Source: Promethearchaeota archaeon
GTDB taxonomy: Archaea; Asgardarchaeota; Lokiarchaeia; Sigyniarchaeales; SOKP01
Length of the DNA: 64,000 bases
Direction of reading: 5' to 3'
Assembly: GCA_016839585.1 (NCBI GenBank)
Contig: JAEOTZ010000018.1
Location: forward strand, 64,948-128,947
Part shown: positions 1-10,569 of the stretch, in pieces
Layout: every line of letters begins with the position of its first letter
How positions within the stretch are numbered: position 1 is the stretch's first letter
Notes under the pieces: model-generated
The model's input: the letters and a program-made list of their open reading frames with translations, nothing else
Told to the model about the DNA's origin: nothing
Databases searched by the model: none
Program-made: the position numbers and the translations under genes

Positions 1-1
1 T

Positions 2-1093
2 GTAGAAGATAATAATGTGTATCAAATAGCAGTAAATAAAACGACTGACCTTGGACAAGATACTCCAGAGGTAAATAACTATACAGATACACTTCTTAAT
101 GTTGTTCCAGAAGAGCTATTAATATCTTATTTAACTTCTGTATTGGAAAATGATAATTATAATTTCACAATTACTTTGGGAATAGATATTTATTGCGAAG
201 ATAATGAATACAATGCAGATATTGATGTATGGGATTTGTTAATTATAAGATCTTTTAATTTAACTTTCACTTTCGAAAAAAGAATTGATAAATTAACTAC
301 AATTTCATGGAGTCAAACGGGAGATAAAGTCCCAAGTAATGCCCAGATTACAGATGCAGGTCTTAATTTTACTTATTCTATAAATCAAACTTGGCCTGAG
401 ACTTTATCTCCAAATACTGAAATGAGAATTTTAATAAATGATAATGCTTATAGAAGAGCAATTAAGTTAAATAGATTTACAGCAATTTTCCAAGAAGAAA
501 GAATAAATGGTTCTGATTTTACTTCTCTATTTCAGAGGAATGTAAATATCACTCTTTCTCTCCAATTATTTTTAGCGGATACATTTGCATTAAATCGAAA
601 TATATCAATTTCAATAGATGAGGTGTATCTTAAAATTACCTATATTGTGGTTACACTGGAATTTTATCAAGAACCTTGGTTCTTTTCGCTACTTTTAATA
701 ATTGCTAGTATTATAGGCGCATGTATAGGTGGTTATCTTATTGCTTATTATAAAGTCTTAAGGTATCCAAGACCCGTGAGAAAAGTAAGAAAATACCGAA
801 AAACCCTGAGAAAAACGAATGCTCCGAGTACACCCATTGTGGATCGTGAAAGGGCCTTTAAGGGAGCATATAAACGAGAGATAGCTGCAGTTGCTACTAT
901 AGCTAAGGTAAGTCCTGCTGTACAAAAAACTATACCAGATAAATTAAAAACAACAGCACCCAAACAGACACCACCAGCGGAAGTTAAAACTAAAACACTT
1001 GAAGAAAAAATAGAACAGGATAAGCTTATAGAAAAATCATTAGAAAAAAAAGAAGAGCTAGATAAATTAGTTGAGAAAGCTAAAGAAAAATAA
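2..1093 (+). CDS. 5'-truncated membrane-anchored extracellular protein (single TM, Lys-rich cytoplasmic tail)
   Basis: Frame is open from base 2, so the start lies outside the window. Many N-x-S/T sequons, a TM segment (WFFSLLLIIASIIGACIGGYLIAYY) and a basic tail. Confidence 0.7.
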   Translation, partial: VEDNNVYQIAVNKTTDLGQDTPEVNNYTDTLLNVVPEELLISYLTSVLENDNYNFTITLGIDIYCEDNEYNADIDVWDLLIIRSFNLTFTFEKRIDKLTTISWSQTGDKVPSNAQITDAGLNFTYSINQTWPETLSPNTEMRILINDNAYRRAIKLNRFTAIFQEERINGSDFTSLFQRNVNITLSLQLFLADTFALNRNISISIDEVYLKITYIVVTLEFYQEPWFFSLLLIIASIIGACIGGYLIAYYKVLRYPRPVRKVRKYRKTLRKTNAPSTPIVDRERAFKGAYKREIAAVATIAKVSPAVQKTIPDKLKTTAPKQTPPAEVKTKTLEEKIEQDKLIEKSLEKKEELDKLVEKAKEK

Positions 1094-1129
1094 GAATTAG
1101 ATAGTACCAATTAAAATAAGATATTTATT

Positions 1130-1708
1130 TTATTTACTTTTAACTTTTTTAGTATTCAAACAAGCCAAAATTAGGGCATCATGATAAATTCCGTTGAAAT
1201 TCAAATATTGTTTGAGTGTTCCTTCTTTTATGAACTCACATTTTTTAAAAAGAGTTATTGATCTAATATTATCAACCGCGACATGAGCTTCAATACGATT
1301 TAATTTAAGATGATTAAAGGTGATTATTTTAATTAAGTTTATTGCTTTTTCCCCAATTCCTTGTTTCCAATAATCAGGAACAAGCCAGATACCTATTTCT
1401 GCTCTCATGTGGAGCCAGCTTATATTCCAAAGACTGATTGAGCCAGCATTATTAATTGTATTCCCTTCTTTTATTTCTATGATATAATTATATTGGCTAA
1501 AATTGCTCCAATATTTAAGATAATTACCAATTAATCTTTTAGAACTATCAAGCGTCTTTAAAGGACCTAATGACATGTAATTAGTAATTTCTCTCTGTTT
1601 TAAGCTATGATAGAGAAATTTAGCATCATTTTTGGAAATTTTTCTAAGAAATATATTATTATCGTTAATTTCCTCAATAACTTCGATATCATGAACCATA
1701 ATTTTCAA
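1130..1708 (-). CDS. GNAT acetyltransferase, RimJ/RimL family
   Basis: AEIGIWL, YWKQGIG acetyl-CoA motif, LNRIEA, N.RS..L..KC.F..EG.LK. Confidence 0.9.
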   Translation of the reverse strand: MKIMVHDIEVIEEINDNNIFLRKISKNDAKFLYHSLKQREITNYMSLGPLKTLDSSKRLIGNYLKYWSNFSQYNYIIEIKEGNTINNAGSISLWNISWLHMRAEIGIWLVPDYWKQGIGEKAINLIKIITFNHLKLNRIEAHVAVDNIRSITLFKKCEFIKEGTLKQYLNFNGIYHDALILACLNTKKVKSK

Positions 1709-1808
1709 AAACTAAAAATTTTTGCACTTATTAATTGTCAATAGTATAAATTCTATAAGAATAATATAAGTAAAAAAATACTTAAAAAAAAAAAGAAAGA
1801 AAAATAAA

Positions 1809-2765
1809 TTATATCCCCTTGAAATGTGGAGTATCTTTTATTCTTCTACTCCCACCACAATTTTTACATGTACTCCCATCTTCCATTTTACCTTTACCAC
1901 TACAAACAGGACATTTGATTCTCCGATTAAAAGCTGCAAGTCCCTCTCTAGCATCAAAACTGGTAAAAACTTCTCCAAAACCCAATTGTTCCATAATAAG
2001 GCCCAATTGAATATTTCGAGTGCCAAATTTAACACACTTTTTAATTATGAATAATGATGTTGTCGGAGCATCCCCTAACCATTTAGCTTTTTCATGTACC
2101 AATTTTTCAAATTCTTCACCAGCAGGAGCTATCCAAGATACTAAACCCCAATCTAACATAGTCTTAGCACTATGATGTTCTCCAAACATTGCCATTCTTA
2201 ATGCTCTATTGACTCCAATTCTAGACGCCATTCTCGTGATACCTCCATTAGCTGGAAATATCCCTCTGTTTATCTCTGGGGTTCCAAATTCAGATCTATC
2301 AGTAGCAATCACAATATCACAGCATAATACCATTTCACAACCTCCTCCTAAAGCAAATCCATCAACCGCTGCAATAATGGGTTTTGGGAATTGTTCTATT
2401 TCATCATAATCCCTGTGCCTTTTTCTCATTGCTTGACTCATATGCCGAGGGATAGACGGGTTTAATCTAGTATCAAACCTTGCTGCTAAATCAGCTCCAA
2501 CTGAAAATGCTGGTTTTTTTGTCACTTCTTTTGTACCTCGAATAACAACTGCTCTTATTGAATCATCAAATTCCATTAATCTTAATGCACGAGGTAATTC
2601 AGCAACTACGTCATCAGTCAAAGCATTTAATCTATCTGGTCGATTAATTGAAATCACAGCATAATTACCATCAATGGTGCCTTCCCTTATAACATTTCCT
2701 TCACTATCTACTAATTCTGGCCATTCAATATTAATATATTCGAAATTTTCCATTTTATCAAACAC
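1809..2765 (-). CDS. Enoyl-CoA hydratase/isomerase (crotonase) with C-terminal DnaJ-type Zn-finger insertion
   Basis: INRPDRLNAL, AFSVGADL, PIIAAVDGFALGGGCE, FGTPEI..GIFP; CPVCSGKG...CKNCGGS near the C-terminus. Confidence 0.9.
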   Translation of the reverse strand: MFDKMENFEYINIEWPELVDSEGNVIREGTIDGNYAVISINRPDRLNALTDDVVAELPRALRLMEFDDSIRAVVIRGTKEVTKKPAFSVGADLAARFDTRLNPSIPRHMSQAMRKRHRDYDEIEQFPKPIIAAVDGFALGGGCEMVLCCDIVIATDRSEFGTPEINRGIFPANGGITRMASRIGVNRALRMAMFGEHHSAKTMLDWGLVSWIAPAGEEFEKLVHEKAKWLGDAPTTSLFIIKKCVKFGTRNIQLGLIMEQLGFGEVFTSFDAREGLAAFNRRIKCPVCSGKGKMEDGSTCKNCGGSRRIKDTPHFKGI

Positions 2766-2921
2766 TTCCTTTTTTAATTCTTTCTTAAGTCTATTAATAA
2801 GTTAAAAAATTTAAATATCTGAATAATTAGTATTATTTTTTTAATAATTAAAAATTTTCAAATTTGGATTTGAATAAGTCTTAAATCAAAATAAAAAGAA
2901 AAAAAATTAAATTTTATCGGG

Positions 2922-4109
2922 TTATTTTCGCATTTTAGCAAATTCTCCCGATTTCATCAACTCAATAGGTCGAAAATAATCTTTTCCTGTTTTGTCAGCT
3001 AAATCGTTTAAAACTTTTGCCCATGCTTCATAATTCTTTTTTCCTGCACCAAAAGGGCCTGGAGCATTCATGCCTGCCATATTTGCATCATCAATAATTT
3101 TAAATCCGCTGGCAATACCCTCATCCAAAATGCGACAGCCTTCATTTAACATTATGGCAAAGATCGTATTTAAATCAAATATACCTGCTGGTTCAGCTTT
3201 TTTAATTTTTTCCATAATTGCATCTCTTCCTTGACTCCAATCGTAAAATCCCTTTCCGGTTTTTGGACCTAAATCTCCTTTTTCATTTAATTCCTTTATA
3301 ACTTTTCCAGGTTCAAAATCAGGAGAAAGAGTTTCTTTATAATAATTCATAATATGAAAGTTTGTGTCAATACCTGTAAAATCTGACAAAACGCAAGGTG
3401 GCATTGGCATTTTACCCCCCGCATCAGCATCTAAACGTTCCCATGGGATACCTCGTTTGTCTGCTTCATCAAAAGCCCAATGTAAATAGATAATAACTGG
3501 AGCATTCATTCGATTCACAATAAATCCTGGCCGATCTTTTAATACTGGAGCAATATATCTTTGACCTCTTAAACATGGTAATTTACCAGCCAAATCCATA
3601 GCAATATTAAATGTTTCATCCGAGGTATCTTTCCCTCTAATTACTTCGATTAATCGCATCAACGGGACAGGATTAAAGAAATGCATTCCACATACTCTAT
3701 TAGGAGCTCCTGAATCTTTTCCTATTTCTGTTATGCTCATTGTGGAAGTGTTGGAGGCAAAAATCACGTGGGATGGGCCGTTATCCATGACAGTTTTACA
3801 TACATTCTTCTTAATATCCATTTTTTCTACAACTGCCTCTATTACAAAATCGATATTTTTAACAGCGGAAGCAAGATCAATTGATTTTCTTAATCTTGAT
3901 AACACAGCAGCAGCAGTAATACCTTCACCTAATGCATTTTTGGATTCTAATTTCTTTAGTCCCTCTTCGATTTTTGCAGCTCCATTATCTACAAATTCAT
4001 CTTTAATATCTACTAAAGTAACATTATAACCTGCCATGAGAGCTACTTGGGCAATCCCATGTCCCATTAAGCCTGCGCCCAGAACTAATAAATTTTTTAC
4101 ATCACCCAT
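2922..4109 (-). CDS. 3-hydroxyacyl-CoA dehydrogenase
   Basis: GAGLMGHGIA Rossmann motif, EAVVE, ASNTST, GMHFFNP, PGFIVNR, GPKTGKGFY; co-oriented with the crotonase. Confidence 0.95.
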   Translation of the reverse strand: MGDVKNLLVLGAGLMGHGIAQVALMAGYNVTLVDIKDEFVDNGAAKIEEGLKKLESKNALGEGITAAAVLSRLRKSIDLASAVKNIDFVIEAVVEKMDIKKNVCKTVMDNGPSHVIFASNTSTMSITEIGKDSGAPNRVCGMHFFNPVPLMRLIEVIRGKDTSDETFNIAMDLAGKLPCLRGQRYIAPVLKDRPGFIVNRMNAPVIIYLHWAFDEADKRGIPWERLDADAGGKMPMPPCVLSDFTGIDTNFHIMNYYKETLSPDFEPGKVIKELNEKGDLGPKTGKGFYDWSQGRDAIMEKIKKAEPAGIFDLNTIFAIMLNEGCRILDEGIASGFKIIDDANMAGMNAPGPFGAGKKNYEAWAKVLNDLADKTGKDYFRPIELMKSGEFAKMRK

Positions 4110-4419
4110 TTTTAAATATCAACCAACTTTAATTTAATTTTTTGATAAAAATTTTAACATTTAATTAAATCTTATTTTTATTATAACTTTTAACATTTTA
4201 TTTATCTGAAAAGTAAAAATCATTGATGAAAATCTTTAATTTATTTAATGGCTTTTGATAATATTCAAAATGTATCTAATTTTCAATTAAAATTACTTTA
4301 GCTATCTAAATTTTATTTTATAATGTAGAATCATTGGTTAATTACTAAATATAAAAAGAATGAATTTATAACTAGATTTTTATATAATTATTAAGTAAGG
4401 TTTAAATGAGGTAAAAACA

Positions 4420-5541
4420 ATGAAATTAGCAAAAATTTATGGGATTGAAATAAAGTTACATCTAAGTACATTGTTGATAATTGGATTAATTGGTTTTTAT
4501 GCTGTTAACTTTTATTTTTCGGCTGTTGTTAATCCTTCACTACTTGAGATAATTATAGTAGGATTGGCAAGTGGTATAATTATTTTATTTTCTATTTTGA
4601 TTCATGAACTAGCTCATTCAATTTTAGCTCAAAAATATGGATTAAAAGTCTCTGAAATTGAATTATATTTATTTGGGGGTGTTTCAAAAATAGAAGAGGA
4701 ACCTAAAACTCCAAAAAGTGAAATTTTAATAAGTGCAGTCGGTCCTTTATCCAGTTTAATTATTGGAGGAATATTTGTATCTATACTTACATTCATACCT
4801 ATTACTTTCCCAACTTTCATTTTCATCATATTATTTTATACAGGTATCACTAATATTGGTTTAGCAATTTTTAATTTAATTCCAGCATTTCCTATTGATG
4901 GTGGGAGAATTCTAAGAGCTATTTTATGGCATCGAAGAGATAATATAATATCTGCTACTAAAACAGCATCAAAAGTAGGGAGTTTTTTTGCATATGGACT
5001 GATTGCTTATGGTGTTTTACAAATCTTCTTATTTGGTTTTTTAAGTGGTCTATGGGTAATTATAATAGGGTTTTTCTTGAACAATCAAACGAAACAATCA
5101 TATTATAACATTCTAAATGATATGACTTTATCAAAAATAAATGCTCGAGATATGATAAGTATGCCTAGATTAGAAGTACCTTTTGATATGTTAATTAGTG
5201 ATGCGCTTAGAGAATATTTTATGCTTTACAAAAAATCTTATTTTCCGGTAATTCAGGGAGACAAAATTGTTGGCATAATTCATATAGATGACATAAAAAA
5301 GATTCCACTTGAACTCAGATCAAATTATATTGTAGGTTATGTAATGAAAAACATTTCAAATTTTCCTATGATTGATGAGCTAGACAATGGGAAAGAAGCT
5401 TTAAAACAAATAAGAAATTTAACAGAGAAACCGCAATTAGTAGTAGTAAAAGATAATAGTGATTATATCTTAGGTCTAATTGGTCAGGATGAATTATCTT
5501 TATCCTTACGATTTTGTCAATTAAATCCTGAAAAATGTTAA
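4420..5541 (+). CDS. Site-2 protease (peptidase M50) with C-terminal CBS pair
   Basis: HELAH and NLIPAFPIDGG motifs, multiple TMs, CBS-like C-terminus. Confidence 0.93.
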   Translation: MKLAKIYGIEIKLHLSTLLIIGLIGFYAVNFYFSAVVNPSLLEIIIVGLASGIIILFSILIHELAHSILAQKYGLKVSEIELYLFGGVSKIEEEPKTPKSEILISAVGPLSSLIIGGIFVSILTFIPITFPTFIFIILFYTGITNIGLAIFNLIPAFPIDGGRILRAILWHRRDNIISATKTASKVGSFFAYGLIAYGVLQIFLFGFLSGLWVIIIGFFLNNQTKQSYYNILNDMTLSKINARDMISMPRLEVPFDMLISDALREYFMLYKKSYFPVIQGDKIVGIIHIDDIKKIPLELRSNYIVGYVMKNISNFPMIDELDNGKEALKQIRNLTEKPQLVVVKDNSDYILGLIGQDELSLSLRFCQLNPEKC

Positions 5542-5611
5542 TAAAAGGTTTTTTTATTCTTTTTAATAAATTCTTTATAGAGAGACCATAATCTTTAATT
5601 CTATAAATGAT

Positions 5612-6139
5612 TTAAAAGTAAAAATTAAGTTCCTCTATGCAAACATCCTTCTGCGGATCATTTTCAAGGAAATTAATTTCAATTTTTTTTATCTTTTCTC
5701 CTAATAATTTTTTAAAAGCAGTTTCAAAATAACCTTTATTAATTCTACAAAAAGCCTTTCCATATTTTAATTTGTCCCGATGCTTTATTGATTCACGTAA
5801 AAAGCAATAATTTTCAATCTCAATCCGAATTAAATCATCAAAATATTCGATTTTTCTTACCTTTATTGAATAGAATTCTTTTAATTCATCCATTAACACT
5901 ATGAGTGCTTCTATTATCTCAAACTCATTTCTGCTATATTTTTCTTTTAATCTTTTTGATATTACTTCCCCAGGACCTACCCCTATTTGGTATAACATAG
6001 AAAGGAGACTATTTCTTCCAAAAAGATCTAAAATCTTATATACCATAGACTCAGATATAATTTCAAATCCTTTTAATGAATCAATGTTTTCTATAGGATT
6101 GTATATTCTTTTGTTTAATTCTTCTTTATAACTATCCAA
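5612..6139 (-). CDS. V4R-like (ligand/metal-binding) domain protein
   Basis: YQIG..PG helix, then NYCFLRE, AFCRINKGYFE and DVCIEE. Three spaced cysteines as in V4R folds. Confidence 0.5.
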   Translation of the reverse strand: MDSYKEELNKRIYNPIENIDSLKGFEIISESMVYKILDLFGRNSLLSMLYQIGVGPGEVISKRLKEKYSRNEFEIIEALIVLMDELKEFYSIKVRKIEYFDDLIRIEIENYCFLRESIKHRDKLKYGKAFCRINKGYFETAFKKLLGEKIKKIEINFLENDPQKDVCIEELNFYF

Positions 6140-6263
6140 TATGTTTACCCCTAATAATTAAGAATTTGAAGTACTATTCTTAACTAATAACAAGAAAAAA
6201 TTATTCATTAAAAATTTATTTATTTGCCAAATTTATAAAAAAAAAAAGTAAAGTAAATTAAAA

Positions 6264-7424
6264 TTAAAGTATTGCTGTTCGTCGCTGGAATAAAATAATT
6301 CCAAGGATGGTTAATACGAGGCCAAAACCCAACAGAACTAGTATATCTGTACCAAGGGCTTCCCATGTGGAGACACCAGACACCATTATAAGCCGCATGG
6401 CATGATTAGCATATGTTGTGGGTATGTAATCGGATACTGGATTATCAATAAGAAAAAATACGCCACCTAAAAATTGGAGTGGAAGAATAATAAACCATGC
6501 TAGCCCCCCCGCAGATGATTGAGATCTAGTGAGTGATGCCAAAAGGATTCCAAATCCTAAACAAGTAAAAGCAAATAGCATAGGAATTAAAACCAGAAGA
6601 AAAATATTAACTTCAGGAGAAAAATATGCTCCAAAGAGAAAAAGTAGCAATATTAAAATTACGATTTGGACGGCTATTACAACAAGTTGGGAAAGCATTC
6701 CAGAGAATAAAATATTGCGTCTAGCGACGGGTGTTGTATTTAACCTTTTTAGTGTTCCTGTTTCTTTTTCTTCCGCAAAATGCAATGCTAATTGGCTAAT
6801 ACAAACTGTAATACCAGCAATAATGAAAGCAGGAGCAGTATAATCGAATGATGTTAATTGAACTGTATTTGAATAACGATTGGTATCAATTTCAGAGGGA
6901 GTACCATTATTGTGAATTATAATAATATTGTCTACGATTTGTTTAATAATTGAACTAATAACACCTTCAGTAACTGGATCTGGGATAGTTGTTATAGATA
7001 TTTTTGCTGTATAGTTATTTTTAATTGCTTCAGTAAAATTATTTGGAATATAAATAATCCCGTCAATTTCTTCAAATTTTAACTCTTCCTCCGCTTCTTC
7101 ATGAGTATAACTAGTTGTATTAAGGTCGATAAAATCATCCAAATAAGTTTCAATAATTCCAATAAGAAGTAATGAAAATTCATTATCATTTTCCGGAAGT
7201 TGACCATCCTCATCAAAAACTATAACATCATATTCTGGACGAGCTGCCGTAAAACCAAATGCCAATGAAAATACAACAATTAAAATAAATGGGTATCCAA
7301 TTATCCATAGCATTTGTGTTCTATCTCTAAACATAGTCTTTATATTCTTTATGGATAAAGATAGAATATGTCCTTTATACTTTTTCTTCTTTTTAGTTTT
7401 TCGCTTTCTATTTACCATATTCAT
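6264..7424 (-). CDS. ABC-2 type exporter permease
   Basis: EEKETGTLKRL.TTP motif; TM1, extracellular loop, then further TMs; overlaps the ATPase stop codon. Confidence 0.9.
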   Translation of the reverse strand: MNMVNRKRKTKKKKKYKGHILSLSIKNIKTMFRDRTQMLWIIGYPFILIVVFSLAFGFTAARPEYDVIVFDEDGQLPENDNEFSLLLIGIIETYLDDFIDLNTTSYTHEEAEEELKFEEIDGIIYIPNNFTEAIKNNYTAKISITTIPDPVTEGVISSIIKQIVDNIIIIHNNGTPSEIDTNRYSNTVQLTSFDYTAPAFIIAGITVCISQLALHFAEEKETGTLKRLNTTPVARRNILFSGMLSQLVVIAVQIVILILLLFLFGAYFSPEVNIFLLVLIPMLFAFTCLGFGILLASLTRSQSSAGGLAWFIILPLQFLGGVFFLIDNPVSDYIPTTYANHAMRLIMVSGVSTWEALGTDILVLLGFGLVLTILGIILFQRRTAIL

Positions 7425-8371
7425 ACATCTCTCAACCTCCTACCTGTTAAATCAATAAAAACATCCTCCAAAGTATTGTTTCTAATTGAAATATCGAGCA
7501 TTTTTACTTCTACGGTATCTAAAATCTCGTTAATTCGACGCAGCCCATCTAAAGCATTCAAAATAATTCGATGCTTTCCTACTGCTTTAGTCCACTTAAT
7601 AAAATCGAGTTTCTCAACACGTTCAATAATCTCTTCTCTGTTAACCTTATCTTTTACTTTAAATTCTATTACATCACCCTTTCCAATCCGTCCTTTTAAT
7701 TCTTTTGGGGTTCCTTGGGCAATTATTTTTCCATGATCAATAATTACTAATTCATCTGAGAGATCATCAGCTTCCTCCATATTATGTGTTGTTAAGATTA
7801 TAGTTGACTCTCTTTTTTGAAAATCTCTTATAAAGTCCCACACTACACGTCTACTCTGCGGATCAAGCCCTGCGGTGGGTTCATCAAAAATAACGATTTC
7901 TGGATCATGAATCACTGCCATTAATACATTAACCCGACGTTTCATCCCGCCTGAATATGTTTTTACAAGAGAATCAGCTCTTTCTAGTAATCCCATACGG
8001 TCTAATAGTTCATCTGTTTTTTTATTATATTCTGTTTTATTCATACCATGCATTTTAGCAATTAAGTTAATATTTTCTCTTGCCGTTAATCGTTCATAAA
8101 GAACTATCTCTTGAGGACATACTCCTATGATTTGTCTTATTTTTTTAGCATCTTTATGAATATCATATCCTAATATCTTAGCGGTACCACTAGTAGGTGG
8201 AAGAATAGTACTTAGCATTGATATTGTGGTTGTTTTACCAGCCCCATTTGGACCTAAAAGTCCATACAATGAACCTTTTGGAATTTGCAAATCAATACCA
8301 TCAACAGCATGTATATCACCAAAATATTTTTTTAAATTTATAGTTTCGATAGCTATTTCCATAATCATCAC
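7421..8371 (-). CDS. ABC exporter ATP-binding protein (DrrA/NodI-like)
   Basis: GPNGAGKT, YSGGMKRR, FDEPTAGLDP, TTHNMEEA. Confidence 0.95.
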   Translation of the reverse strand: MMIMEIAIETINLKKYFGDIHAVDGIDLQIPKGSLYGLLGPNGAGKTTTISMLSTILPPTSGTAKILGYDIHKDAKKIRQIIGVCPQEIVLYERLTARENINLIAKMHGMNKTEYNKKTDELLDRMGLLERADSLVKTYSGGMKRRVNVLMAVIHDPEIVIFDEPTAGLDPQSRRVVWDFIRDFQKRESTIILTTHNMEEADDLSDELVIIDHGKIIAQGTPKELKGRIGKGDVIEFKVKDKVNREEIIERVEKLDFIKWTKAVGKHRIILNALDGLRRINEILDTVEVKMLDISIRNNTLEDVFIDLTGRRLRDV

Positions 8372-8524
8372 ATTTTTGTTGTTAAATTTTCGATATGCTT
8401 ATTTTAATTTTCTTATATTAAAAATTATCCTATATTGATAAACTAAAAAAAATGATTTTAATTTAAGAAAACTATTAGCATATGAAATTGGAAAAGAAAT
8501 TGAAGATATTAAAAGATAACGAGA

Positions 8525-9067
8525 TTAAATTGCGATGGTATCAAGTACATTTTCAAATTCTTTATAATCAGGTAAAGTTTCAAGGCAAATTGAAACATTC
8601 TTTAAATTTTGATTTTTTTCTAACACGTATTTTTTAATGGTCGGAAGCATCACTTCAGCGCATAATTTAGCAGTGAAGCCTAACATATTTTTAGAAATAG
8701 GAGGTAATACTAGAGAAGTTAAACCAGTTTCATCTGCGATTTTTAATGAGTTCCATGTAGCCAACATTAATTTTTTTCCTTCGTTCCCTTGACCCAATTT
8801 GGGTCCATTTGTATGAATAATATAGCTTGTTAAATTACCTCCTGAAGTTATTACTGCACTACCTACAGCAACTTTAATAATCTTATTAATAATTCTGTTA
8901 CATTCAACTTGTACGGTTGAACCTGCTTTTCTTAATACATTACAACGTAATTCTCCACTTGGTAAAAGTCGACTGTTTGTAGGGATTACTAATCCATCAT
9001 ATTCTGTATTAGTTAATTCTCCTACAAAAATCTCTAGAATAGAATTCTTAATGGTTAATTGATTCAT
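8525..9067 (-). CDS. Macro domain protein (divergent)
   Basis: GELT..EYDGLVIPTN, GSAVITSGGNL..YIIH..GP, SLVLPPIS. The canonical Gly-rich loops are altered. Confidence 0.8.
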   Translation of the reverse strand: MNQLTIKNSILEIFVGELTNTEYDGLVIPTNSRLLPSGELRCNVLRKAGSTVQVECNRIINKIIKVAVGSAVITSGGNLTSYIIHTNGPKLGQGNEGKKLMLATWNSLKIADETGLTSLVLPPISKNMLGFTAKLCAEVMLPTIKKYVLEKNQNLKNVSICLETLPDYKEFENVLDTIAI

Positions 9068-9127
9068 TACAAAAATAGCCTAAAAAATTATATTTATATT
9101 TTTTTTATTACAAAGGTGTTATGAAAT

Positions 9128-9628
9128 TTAGGAACTATCTTCAGATTCATTTAGTTTAACTATTTTTTTTACAAGTTTTTCTACGTTCTCATCCACAATT
9201 GCCAGAATTCGGTTGTAATTTTTAACACCAGTTTTATATGGATCAGGAATGTTTAAATCGTGTTTATCCGCTCCATTGAATTGTTTTAAAGTAAATAATT
9301 TACCCTTGAGATGTTCTTTTAAATCCCTAAATCTTTTTCTGAGTTTAATCAAATTGTATCTTTCCATTCCAATGATTAGATCTTGATTTTCAATTAGCTT
9401 TCTTGTAATAAGCTTTGGATGAAATTCTTGTATATATATTCCCTTTTTTCTAATATAATTTAATGTTTCAGGTTGTGCGTGATCAAAAGCATCATGCCAT
9501 CCGGCGGAGTTAAAGTTGACATCCTTCAGTTGATGTTTATTAGCATAATATTGAGCAAGATATTCTGCCGCAGGACTTCTACAAGTATTAGCATAACAGA
9601 TAAATAAGATGTTTTTTACTTTTGGCAT
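9128..9628 (-). CDS. Low-molecular-weight protein phosphatase (YwlE/PtpA family)
   Basis: P-loop CYANTCRS, SAG, IPDPY acid loop. Confidence 0.9.
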   Translation of the reverse strand: MPKVKNILFICYANTCRSPAAEYLAQYYANKHQLKDVNFNSAGWHDAFDHAQPETLNYIRKKGIYIQEFHPKLITRKLIENQDLIIGMERYNLIKLRKRFRDLKEHLKGKLFTLKQFNGADKHDLNIPDPYKTGVKNYNRILAIVDENVEKLVKKIVKLNESEDSS

Positions 9629-9769
9629 TTTATATTTTTGTACATTAAATCTTTCTAAGATAGCAATAATTAAATAAAGAACTAAAGAGTTTCAAGTTAA
9701 ACTTTATATTAAACATAATAATTATATTATAATTATATAATAATATTATAGTTATGTGGAGAATTTAAT

Positions 9770-10480
9770 ATGGATGATATAAGAAAAGATAAAGTAATAA
9801 GAACTCGACTTAGGATAATTTATTTGCTATCTTTTATTTTTAGCTTAGTAGGGGCGATACTTCTATTTGCTGAGGATTTTCTAGAATGGTATACTGATAA
9901 CCCTTTTCCTGAACTTGATGAGTATGGCTATATACATCTTGATGATGAAGTTTATGGTGGACTTATACTCATGTTAGCACTCTTTTTAATAGTTTGTATG
10001 ATTATTAGTATTCTTGGAATTTATAATCCCAAGTTCATGAACATAGGGATTTTAGCTCTTGGGGAGATTTTTGCCATTATTGTATTTCTTATGGCAATAA
10101 TTGGAATCGCAATTGCGGCTGGTGATTTGGAGGATAAATCCTCTTGGAATCCAGATGCAGGTTTTTATGGGGCATTATTAGGAGGTTTACTTACTTGTAT
10201 ATTCTTTTCTATTAGTATTTGGGGCTCAATAAAGATCAAAAAACACAAACCCATACAAAAAGTAGCTCCAGAAAGAATTGCCCCAAAAGGAGTAGTTTCA
10301 GAGATGAGCTATTGTACTTATTGTGGTAAACCAGTATCTGGACTATTTTGTACCTATTGTGGTTCAGATTTGAGAAAAATTCAAGAAGATATAGCAGTTC
10401 CAGAGATAAAGCATTGTCCTAAATGTGATAAACCAGCATCTGGACAATTTTGTACCTATTGTGGAACAAAAATGTTCTAA
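9770..10480 (+). CDS. 4-TM membrane protein with two C-terminal double zinc-ribbon units
   Basis: Hydrophobic helices, then CTYCG..FCTYCG and CPKCD..FCTYCG. Confidence 0.8.
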   Translation: MDDIRKDKVIRTRLRIIYLLSFIFSLVGAILLFAEDFLEWYTDNPFPELDEYGYIHLDDEVYGGLILMLALFLIVCMIISILGIYNPKFMNIGILALGEIFAIIVFLMAIIGIAIAAGDLEDKSSWNPDAGFYGALLGGLLTCIFFSISIWGSIKIKKHKPIQKVAPERIAPKGVVSEMSYCTYCGKPVSGLFCTYCGSDLRKIQEDIAVPEIKHCPKCDKPASGQFCTYCGTKMF

Positions 10481-10569
10481 AATGATTTTAAATAAAACTG
10501 GTATGAAAAGCTTGTTCATCTAAGTTAAAAAAAAAAGTAAATTTATTTAATTTTCTTTATTTTTATAGC

